DNA of 63,172 nt, counting the filler, from Stramenopiles sp. TOSAG23-6 (lineage: Eukaryota): assembly GCA_900128565.1 (NCBI GenBank). It is 37 parts of 37 records of this genome, joined end to end, with 100 filler letters (N's around TTAATTAATTAA, not from the genome) between each part and the next. Parts side by side here need not be neighbours in the genome. Positions count along the whole stretch, not along the records: positions 53,084 to 54,683 come from LT638814.1; positions 54,784 to 56,381 come from LT638815.1; positions 56,482 to 58,079 come from LT638816.1; positions 58,180 to 59,777 come from LT638817.1; positions 59,878 to 61,475 come from LT638818.1; positions 61,576 to 63,172 come from LT638819.1; 31 more parts are not named here. One strand, given 5' to 3'. The translations under genes and the position numbers were made by a program. The notes below the pieces were generated by a model. The model was given only the letters and a program-made list of their open reading frames with translations. It was not told where the DNA came from and did not search any database. This document shows, piece after piece, positions 53,084 through 63,172 of the stretch; within the stretch, counting starts at the first letter, position 1, and every line of letters starts with the position of its first letter.

Positions 53084-54683
53084 GAGTTAAAGATAAATTC
53101 AAGCTCTTTGGTAGACAAATCGTTTTACTAAACGCGCAAGAAAAAGCGACAAATGAATCTGAAGGCGCGATGCGTACATTGGAATCTATGTACAAAGATA
53201 AATCAAATGAGTTGGCAAGTTTTACAGCTGAAGCTTCCATACGGAAAATTGAAATTATCTCGAAAGTCAAAGATAAATTCAAGCTCTTTGGTAGAAAAAT
53301 AATTGTTCGNNNNNNNNNNNCCGCCGCTAGAAAATTTGAACTCATTATGAGAGTCAAAGATAAATTTAAACTCTTTGGTCGACAGATTATTTTACAAAAT
53401 GCAAAGGAGAAAACACTCAAAAATGCAGAAAGTGTACTTAGATATGTACAATCTTTTTATGATAAAAAATCAACTGAGTTGGTCAATATATTTGCGGAAT
53501 CTGCTTCTCGAAAATTTGAACTAATTATGAGAGTCAAAGATAAATTCAAACTGTTTGGTCGACAGATTATTTTACACAATGCAAAGGAGAAAACAGTCGT
53601 TGATGCAGAAGGATCTTTGAAACATTTGGAATCCACGTACAACGGTAAATCATTTGAGTTAACTGGTGTATCAGCTGAATGTGCAATTCGAAAGATTCAA
53701 GATGTGACAACAAACAAGATGACTGAAAAGAATGCGTTGGTGAGCGAAACAGCAGCGAGAAAGATTGAAATTGTAGCGAAAGTCAAACATAAATTCAAGA
53801 TCCTTGGTAAACAAATCATTCAACGTAATACGCAAGGCAATGCGGTGAATGCTGCTGAAGCATCTTGGCGAAATACAAATGCAATACTCCAATACAAATC
53901 AATTGAATTGGTGAACTTTACAGCAGAGGTGTCTGCTCGGAAGGAGGAAGCAGTGCAATCATTAAAATTGAAACAGTATCATGCACAAAAATATATTGCT
54001 TTGCAAATATTACATGTAACTTCAATAAACTTTGATGGTATATGGGTATCATTAGACTTGATACGCAAAATGTACAATACTTACATTGCAAAACTTATCT
54101 ATTTACGAAGGGTGAAGGGTAAATTTCAGTTCGTTGGTAGAAAAATAATTGTTCGAAATGGACAACAAAAAGCTGCTAATGATGTGGAGGCTGCATTACG
54201 TAGTTCCGGGAAAATGCTTCATAATAAATCTATTGAATTGTCTGGTATATCATCAGAGAATGGAATAAGACAAATTGAATACTTGACAATCAACAAGCTT
54301 ATTGAAAAGGATGCGTTGGTGAGTGAAGCGGCATCTAGACGATGGGAACTCATTATGAGAGTCAAAGATAAATTTAAACTTTTTGGTAGACAAATAGTTT
54401 TACTCAATGCGCAAGATAAAGCGGCGAATGATGCCGATGCAGCAATGCGTAATTTGATGGCTCTTCATCGAAATAAACAATATGAAGTTGCCGCTCGAAC
54501 AGTTGAAGTAGTTGCTAGAAAGATCGAAGTGGTAGCTTTAAAAAAGATGATTGAAATGAATGCTGTACTAACAGAATCTGCTACTCGCAAATTTGAACTA
54601 ATTATGAGAGTCAAAGACAAATTCAAACTCTTTGGCAGAAAAATAATTGTTCGTAATGCAGCTCTTAACGCAATTAATGAAGG
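53084..54683 (+). CDS. Repetitive alpha-helical protein fragment with recurring RKFELIMRVKDKFKLFGRQI motif
   Basis: Single open frame; about eight copies of the motif. Confidence 0.8.
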
Positions 54684-55025
54684 NNNNNNNNNNNNNNNNN
54701 NNNNNNNNNNNNNNNNNNNNNNNNNNNTTAATTAATTAANNNNNNNNNNNNNNNNNNNNNNNNNNNNNNNNNNNNNNNNNNNNGTATTTTGGAAAAATAT
54801 TTCAAAAAAAAAAATATCGTTAGGAACAAAATTCCGTACGAAAAAAAAAATTATTTACTAAAAGAAAAAAAAAAAAAAAAACATTGAATTTTTAATTTTT
54901 TTTTTTTTTTTAATTTTTTTTTTTGATTTTTTATAATAATAATGATGATAATAATATAAATCCTTCCGAGTAAATCTGAAGCTGTAAAGAATAAATACAG
55001 AAATCATATTTTATTAATTTATTTC

Positions 55026-56293
55026 TTAAAGCATATATTCATCGCGCAAAGCATTAGCTAAATAATCAACCTTCAATTGCTCTTCGATATCTTCAAAATA
55101 AACAAATTCCATCTTTTGTATTTTGGAAAAATATTGCAAAAGAAAAAAATTTTAATTTGTTAGGTACAAAATTTCGTATGAAAAATAAATTCAATTTCAA
55201 AATTAAAAAAAAAAATAAAACATACATCATTCTCTAAAAATTGAATACGTTGCTGCAATGCGCTAAGCGTAGCATCACATGTATTGTGAAAACATATTTA
55301 AAAAAAATTGTTAGGTACGAAATTTCGTATGAAAAAAAAATAAATTAGAAATTCATATCAAACGTACATTCTCTATCGATATATTCTTTATATCGTTTTG
55401 GACTACATCCCTTATCTCTCCTTGGAATATAGTATAGGAAAATATTTTTAAATGTTTTTTGTTAGGTTCAAAATGTACAAAAAACAAATGAGGTAAGACA
55501 TTTTGCATTTTGAAAAAGTACATTCCCCATAGACATTCTTGTATCAAGATAATGTATTTTAGAAAAATATTTCAAAAAAAAAATTGAAAAAAATCGTTAG
55601 GTACAAAATTTCGTACGAAAAATAATTTCGATTTTTTTTTTTCGGTAAAAAAAAAATAAAACATACATACCTTCCCTAGGACTTACCCGTCGCTTGGCGT
55701 CATGAGTGAGAAATGCTCGAGCCACTTTTTCAACTTTGGATATATTGTAAAAAAATATTGTTCAAAATTTTTATTTTTTTTGTTACGATATACATTTTTC
55801 ATAGTAAAAAAAAATTAGAAATTTCATTTTTCATAGTAAAAAAAAATTAGAAATTTAATTTCATTTTTCATAGTAAAAAAAAATAGAAATTTAATTTTGA
55901 AAACTGTACAATAGCCTGGAGGTAAAGGTGGTACCGTTGTTCTCAAATGTGGTGGTATCAGCGATTTTTTGTCTGTTTCCCAAGGATGTGGTAAACCTAG
56001 TAACTCATAATTTGTGAAGAAATATTTGAAAAAAAATGTTTTTTGTTAGGTATACAATTTTGTAAAAAAATGAATTTTTTTTTTTTTTTTTCGTAAAAAA
56101 AAAACCTACATATATTGTACAACCAATTCCCCAAATATCAGCTTTTCTATAATCATACACCGGTGATGTTTCAGAAGCACTGGCTACTTCTGGGCTCATA
56201 TTAGCTGGATTACCTTCCCGCGTACTAGGCAATAATGTTTTACAGCTGCATCCGAAGTCTATCAGTCTAATCTCACCAACACGGTGAAGCATT
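55026..56293 (-). CDS. Ser/Thr protein kinase, C-terminal part in seven exons
   Basis: IRLIDFG, NMSPE, DIWGIGCTIY|ELLG.PHPW, LTHDAKRRVS; introns include 56007-56109 (GT-AT); 30-nt exon at 55522-55551. Confidence 0.9.
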
Positions 56294-56481
56294 ATATATT
56301 ATGAAAAAATATTTCAAAATTTTTCTAAAAAAAAAATCTTTTTAGTTTAGGTACAAAATTTTTTTACCAAAAAAAAAAAATNNNNNNNNNNNNNNNNNNN
56401 NNNNNNNNNNNNNNNNNNNNNNNNNTTAATTAATTAANNNNNNNNNNNNNNNNNNNNNNNNNNNNNNNNNNNNNNNNNNNN

Positions 56482-56878
56482 TTTAAAATTTTTTTTTCGT
56501 AGGTAATTTTGTACCTAACATTTTTTTTTTTTTAATATTTTTTTTTAGACATTCAATTGACAGGAATTGAAATCCCTGGAGCCATGCATGGAATTATGTT
56601 ACCAGGTAACCTGAGATCTTCAAAATCGTTACCCGGTCAACTGTATGAAAATGCAACACAAGAGAGATTTCGTGATCAGATGATTGATCGCATTAACACT
56701 GCTAGTACTTTATTACGACAACAAGCTTTTATTGATCGATCATACTACTCAAAAACAACACCTGATTTAGTTCGTTTACAATTTGAATTAATTTGGTTAG
56801 AAATTAGTATGTTTTTTTTTTCAACTATTTTCCAAAATTTTTTTTTTTTTTTTTTCATACGAAATTTTCATAGTAAAA

Positions 56879-56914
<36 letters not shown>

Positions 56915-57338
56915 TTTTTTAAAATTTTTTTCACAAATTATTTTTACTATGAAAATTTCGTATGAAAAAAAAAAAAAAAAAATTTTGGAAAATAGTTGAA
57001 AAAAAAAACATACTAATTTCTAACCAAATTAATTCAAATTGTAAACGAACTAAATCAGGTGTTGTTTTTGAGTAGTATGATCGATCAATAAAAGCTTGTT
57101 GTCGTAATAAAGTACTAGCAGTGTTAATGCGATCAATCATCTGATCACGAAATCTCTCTTGTGTTGCATTTTCATACAGTTGACCGGGTAACGATTTTGA
57201 AGATCTCAGGTTACCTGGTAACATAATTCCATGCATGGCTCCAGGGATTTCAATTCCTGTCAATTGAATGTCTAAAAAAAAATATTAAAAAAAAAAAAAT
57301 GTTAGGTACAAAATTACCTACGAAAAAAAAATTTTAAA
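56482..57338. repeat. Inverted duplication (fold-back chimera, centre ~56910)
   Basis: Same exon on both strands. Confidence 0.88.
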
Positions 57339-57978
57339 TTTTTAAATTACATAAATTAGGGTTAGGGTTAGTATAACATACATACTATCATATATTGCAA
57401 GTAACGTTGATCTTGGTAAATTATCACCCATATATTGTGGAGATATATTTTATACTTGATTGTTTTATTAAGTATACAATTTGGTACAAAAAAAAAAAAA
57501 AAAAATTAAAAAAATTAAAAAAAAAAAAAAAAGTCTAAAAATTTAAAAAAAAAAAACATACAATGGCTGTGGTGGAGGATCACAATTTTCATTTTGTTTG
57601 ATCCAATCCATAACTGTCATTTTTTTCTTTACAAGTGGATTATGCATTGATGTATTCAACAAAATTGTTGTATTGTGAAAAAATATTTTTTTTTTTAATT
57701 TTATTAGACACAAAATTTTATTTTTTCTGTAAAAAAAAAAAAAAAAAAAAAAATTTAAATTTTTAAATTTTGTTAGGTACAAAATTTCGTACGAAAAAAA
57801 AAAAAAAAACTTCAAAACATACTTGAATAGGATAAAAAGTAAACAGTATCAGGATGTGAAAAACATCCTGGATTATCTAAATAGTATTGTTCTGAAAAAG
57901 CCACAATTAGACGTTCTATTTTTTGTGCTTCTTTAGGTAACATAAAACCGCCAAATGATGAAACGAAATATTTCAATA
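57012..57978 (-). CDS. Sec7-domain ARF-GEF fragment; intron 57668-57822 (GT-AA) plus two GT-AT introns
   Basis: FMLPKEAQKIERL, DTVYFLSYS|TILLNTSMHNP.VK.KMT, GDNLPR..L..IYDSI. Confidence 0.92.
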
Positions 57979-58026
57979 TTTTTTTGTTAGGTACAAAATT
58001 TTTTTAAAATTTTTTTTCATAGTAAC

Positions 58027-58079
<53 letters not shown>

Positions 58080-58179
58080 NNNNNNNNNNNNNNNNNNNNN
58101 NNNNNNNNNNNNNNNNNNNNNNNTTAATTAATTAANNNNNNNNNNNNNNNNNNNNNNNNNNNNNNNNNNNNNNNNNNNN

Positions 58180-59777
58180 ATCTGTTACAATAGCAGCACG
58201 GTATTCATATTTTAGATCGTGAATACGATGTCTTCCTGCAGTCCAAGATATATCTGTAATATCCAGTGTGTACTCACTGTTTTTAATATAGTTATTATAT
58301 CGTTTTGCTGTGGAAGGAATGTTTTTATGGTGTGTAGTAGAAATTGGGATAATACAAACTTGATCTTTGTACTTTGGATTTCTAGACTTCTCTTTGGAGT
58401 TCCTTGAGACCTGATATTGTTGGAGAACAACATGCGCATTTGTTCCACCAAATCCGAAGGCACTTGTTCCGACGACTGTTCGACCTTTAGTTGGTCCATC
58501 ATTTAGAGTCTCTCCCTTTGTGATTATATGGACACCCATCTCATCAAACGGTATATGCTCATTCGGGGTATTCATGTTGAGGCTTGGAGGTATCCAATTA
58601 TGATATAAAACAAGCACCGTCTTCAATATATTGGCAATTCCTGCCGCAGCTTCTAAATGTCCTATATTCGTTTTGACACTACCTACTCGCAATGGTCCTT
58701 CTTTATAGACCGATCGTCCGCAATTTTGGACAAATACACGTCCTAAAGCAGTCAACTCAATTGGATCACCAAGTTTAGTACCAGTACCGTGTGCTTCAAT
58801 ATACGCCACATCCGCCGGCGATATTTTTGCATCCTTATATGCTTTATCCAATACATTTTCCTGTGACGCGGGATTTGGAGCAGTTAGTCCATTGCTGCGA
58901 CCATCTTGATTGACTGCACTTCCTCGTATTACAGCATACACTATATCATCATCTCGAGATGCATTCTCAACTCTCTTGATAACTACCATTCCACAGCCTT
59001 CGCCACGGGCGTATCCATTCGCTAGATTATCACCAAATTTCACTTTATTTTCTGGCGAAAGCATTCCTGCGGCTCGAAATGCAGAATATGTGCGGGGATT
59101 AAAAAGAAGATTTACTCCTCCTACTAAAGCGGAGTTAATATCCCCACTCCTTAATGCTTGTATGGCATTATGCAAAGCTACTAATGAAGAAGAGCAAGCT
59201 GTATTTATACTGACACTTGGACCCTGAAGGTTAAATGTGTAAGATATACGATTTGCAACAATACTTAAGTCAGTTCCAGTTCCTACAAAAGGGCTGTCAG
59301 TATCTAAGCTAGTGATATTATGATAATCACACGCAGAAACACCCATGAAAACTNNNNNNNNNNNNNNNNNNNNNNNNNNNNNNNNNNNNNNNNNNNNNNN
59401 NNNNNNNNNNNNNNNNNNNNNNNNNNNNNNNNNNNNNNNNNNNNNNNNNNNNNCAATACGTTGTTGTGGGTCCATTTGACATGCTTCTGCATGAGAAATT
59501 CCGAAAGCGGCTGCATCAAAACTCGATATAGTTTTTTCTGACAAAAAAGCCCCGCCTCCTCTAAGGTTAACACGATAAGATGGAGGGGTGTTGGACATTG
59601 CACTTACACCTTTTCTTAGCATTCTCCAAAATGCCTCAGGTGAATCCACTGATCCTGGGAAACGGCAGGACATACCCGTCACCGCAATCAAAGATTTATT
59701 AAAATGTGTATGTCTGGGTAGTTTAATGACTTTTAATCTATTCGGTTTATCAACAGTATTGGAATTGTCTTTCTCGG
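58180..59777 (-). CDS. Type I polyketide synthase ketosynthase domain plus KS-AT linker
   Basis: MSCRFPG, MDPQQR, NTACSSSL, EAHGTGTKLGDPIE, KTNIGHLEAAAG, SAFGFGGTNAH. Confidence 0.95.
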
Positions 59778-60223
59778 NNNNNNNNNNNNNNNNNNNNNNN
59801 NNNNNNNNNNNNNNNNNNNNNTTAATTAATTAANNNNNNNNNNNNNNNNNNNNNNNNNNNNNNNNNNNNNNNNNNNNCTTCTCGCGACGTCCATGCGGCT
59901 TGCTCCGATTGGTCAACACACTGACAAACGACCAAAATGTATTCCTGATACATCTTTGACTACATTAAAAGATAAAGATGTGGGACTACAGAAGTCAACA
60001 GTAGTTCAACGTGTAGAAGATAATGCCCCCCTGAGTGCACTGGAAACACAGGAGTTAGGAAAATCACTATATATTGCGGCTTCTCNNNNNNNNNNNNNNN
60101 NNNNNNNNNNNNNNNNNNNNNNNNNNNNNNNNNNNNNNNNNNNNNNNNNNNNNNNNNNNNNNNNNNNNNNNNNNNNNNNNNNNNNNNNNNNNNNNNNNNN
60201 NNNNNNNNNNNNNNNNNNNNNNN

Positions 60224-61474
60224 CTTCTCGCGACGTCCATGCGGCTTGCTCCGATTGGTCAACACACTGACAAACGACCAAAATGTATTCCTGATACATC
60301 TTTGACTACATTAAAAGATAAAGATGTGGGACTACAGAAGTCAACAGTAGTTCAACGTGTAGAAGATAATGCCCCCCTGAGTGCACTGGAAACACAGGAG
60401 TTAGGAAAATCACTATATATTGCGGCTTCTCATAGAGATACTTTTACAGGTGAAAAAGATATTGGTGAGTGGGTAGCTTTTGAAAGTGATAGAATTGCAC
60501 CATTTGGTAAGCGAGTAGGCGTTAAACAGCATAAATATGGAATTGGAAAGCTAATTGTACTTTTTTTTTTTTTTTCGAAATTATTTATTTTTTCATAGAA
60601 AATTTTATTCTCGACGATTTTTTTATCCAACAAAAAAAAACAAATATATATATATATTCACAATACATGATGTGTGTGTTGATCAAAATCCTCCAAAGAT
60701 TTGGCGGACTGGAAGTATCATTAAGTTTACAAATACTTCAATATTTGTAGAGTTTTGTGACAAATTACCTACCAAAAGTAGTTTTTTTAATTACATGGGT
60801 GTTGGTGGCAATAAGTCACCTGCAAATATTTGGATTGATTGTGTAAAACATAAAACATGTTTGTTTTTTTTTTTTTNGAATTTCATTTTTTTTTTTTTGA
60901 ACCAAATTTTTTACCTAACAAAAAACAAATATATTTTTCACAATACATGTCTTGCTCCTGCGTTTACAATGGCGAAAGCTGCAGATAATCAATTGACTGA
61001 AGGTGCATTGGTTGCTAGTGTCAGCGATGTTTCATTTCGGAATTTGTTAGAAAAACATGGAGGATTTAAAGTGTATGATATAGAAGCTGATGGAAATTGT
61101 TTATTTCGTGCAATTGCACATCAAATATTTGGTGATGTTTCCATGTGTCATGTATTTTTTTTTTTTCAATTTCAAATTTTTTTTTTTATAAAAATTTCGT
61201 ACCTAACAAAAACAAAAACAAAAATATTTTTTCACAATACATGTAATGAGAAAAAGATGTTGCGATTATATGGAGGCAAACGAATTGTATTTTTGCCAAT
61301 TCATTGAGACTAAGTGTAGTCATGTTGATGTAGGAAAAAATCAAAATGATCAAATTTATCAAATTGATCAAAATAGTATTGATATTACTGAAATGAAAAC
61401 CAATGAAATAATACAAAACAATGAAATAGAAAAAAACAATGAAATAGAAACAAACAATGAAACAAAACAAACCA
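60224..61474 (+). CDS. OTU-domain deubiquitinase (OTUD5-like); GT-AT introns 60557-60668, 60859-60948, 61152-61242
   Basis: ADGNCLFRAIAHQIFGD...H|VMRKRCCDYM..N..YF..FI. Confidence 0.88.
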
Positions 61475-61613
61475 ANNNNNNNNNNNNNNNNNNNNNNNNN
61501 NNNNNNNNNNNNNNNNNNNTTAATTAATTAANNNNNNNNNNNNNNNNNNNNNNNNNNNNNNNNNNNNNNNNNNNNCGAAAAATAAATTCGAAATTGAAAA
61601 AAATAAAACATAC

Positions 61614-61749
61614 AACCTCATACTCAACTTCTTTCCAACCAAGCATTGAACGTTCAACGAGAATTTGTGGCGAAACAGAGAGAGCTTTTGCTGCCATATC
61701 AAGCAAATGGTCATGAGAATTACAAATTCCAGACCCAAGACCACCAAGC
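61614..61749 (-). CDS. Single internal exon of carbamoyl-phosphate synthetase large chain/CAD
   Basis: LGGLGSG.C...[18 protein letters not shown]. Confidence 0.92.
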
Positions 61750-61840
61750 ATTTTGGAAAAATATTTCAAGAAAAATATCGTTAGGTACAAAATTTCGTAC
61801 GAAAAATAAATTTGAAATTGAAAAAAAAAATAAAACATAC

Positions 61841-63118
61841 ATTTCTAACTCTTTGCGCTTTCTTTCTTTTTTAATTCGTTCGTCCTCCTGAAGTTTCATT
61901 TGATATTTTTGCAATTTAATCATACGTCTATGTATTATGAAAAAATATTATTTTTAGTAAAAATTTGTTAGGTACAAAATTTGGTACAAAAAAATATTCG
62001 AAATTCAATTTTGAAAACGTACATGCTTTGACTGCGCTCGTTCTAATGCCTCTTGTTTAGCTAGTTTCTGTGCAGCCCACTCTTGCTTTTCCTTTCGCCG
62101 TTTGGATCTCTCTTCTAATTCCTTCATTCGTTTTTCTTTTTCACGTCTCATTCTTTCAAATTGTGCTTTAGTTTCCTCTCTTTCTTGTAATATTTCATCT
62201 CGTTTTTTCTTTTGGGCTAATTCGCGTTGAGCTTTCGTCACTCTTATTGCTTTACGCCATTTTTCTTTCTCAGCAGCTTTATCCTCTGCCTCTTTATATC
62301 GCTTTATTTCGGCTGCTTTTTCTTCTTCCCTTCGTCGCTTTTCGACTCTTTTTTTTGCCTTTTCTAATCTTTTATCTCTTATTCTTCTCTCTTCTATTAT
62401 CTTTAATTTCTTTTCGTATTTGCTTAGTTCTTCAGCAGCTTTTCTTTTCAATTCCTTAGCTTTTCTTTCTATTTCACGTTCTCTTGCATCAGCTATATTA
62501 TCAATCTTTTCCTGAACTGAAGTCTTCCAGGCTTCATTTTTCATTTTAACATCATCAAGATATTCTTCTGTTTCAAGTCTGTGTGAAGTTGTTGGTCGAA
62601 GAGCAGGGTCTTGGTAAACAGCTTTGGGTTGTCTACGACTCATCTTCCAGCTTCGACGTTTTTTCCTTTGTTGACGCGTTTTAGAATTTCGTTTTAATAA
62701 ATTTGTATCATCTGGCGTTTCAGGTCTTTCATATAAACTATGTCTTAATTCTTTGAGTTCTCGTATGTCTTCTTGCATCTTTTCCTCTTGTGCAATCCGT
62801 TCTTTTTCAAACTTTTTCTCTAGTTTTTCTTTTTCTATTTTTTTGAACATATCCATTTCTTTTTTTACATCTGAGCTTTTCATATCTTTGCTCATTTTTA
62901 CACCGGATGCCAAAGCTTTCATCCGTGCTTCCGTTTGAGCTCTAATAATTTCTTGGGTCACAATTTCTTCAGCCTTTTTAGCAATGTTTTCATCTGCAAT
63001 TTCAGTCACAGTTAAAGAAATGACTCTTTCCCAAGTCTCTTCAGATGCAAAATCAGCTAATGATTCTTCAACAATTTCTTGAACAACTTCAGTGAGAATT
63101 GGCTTCCCATAGTCTGTC
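61841..63118 (-). CDS. Charged coiled-coil (K/E/R-rich) protein; GT-AT intron 61930-62022
   Basis: Long K/E/R-rich ORF; exons in phase. Confidence 0.7.
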
Positions 63119-63172
63119 ATGTATTTTGGAAAAATATTTCAAAAAAAAAAACTAAAATTTGTTAGGTACAAA

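Noticed and set aside
59878-60430. Direct repeat flanking an N gap
   Set aside because: Unmerged scaffold overlap

Overview
This window is not one locus. It is about 37 short (~1.6 kb, size-sorted) contigs of an AT-rich microbial eukaryote joined by artificial N-TTAATTAATTAA-N linkers. The gene content is consistent with a heterotrophic protist, possibly a stramenopile single-cell assembly (inference only). Several contigs are exact duplicates or fold-back chimeras. Recognisable gene fragments include DENN, a four-domain Ca/Na channel, P2X, BMT2, leishmanolysin, PMS2, RPL37, SLC25, Smr, kinesin, NCKAP1, TTL, H+-PPase, FabD, CHD, ABCB, a kinase, Sec7, a type I PKS, OTU and CPS. The main signal is a pervasive non-canonical intron class. 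Introns open with GTAYGT-like donors, carry a stereotyped palindromic core fused to an atypical branch point (TTCRTACGAAATTTYGTACCTAAC), and end in ...CAMAATAYAT, i.e. AT rather than AG. About 45 introns were traced by hand using reading frame and, where available, conserved protein motifs. About 40 are GT-AT; the rest include two GT-AG, a GT-AA and AT-donor cases, and one pair sits back-to-back around a zero-length exon. Junctions look like AT|G rather than AG|G and the ends form short inverted repeats. This suggests a re-wired spliceosome and/or an introner-like origin; RNA-seq is needed to confirm it.
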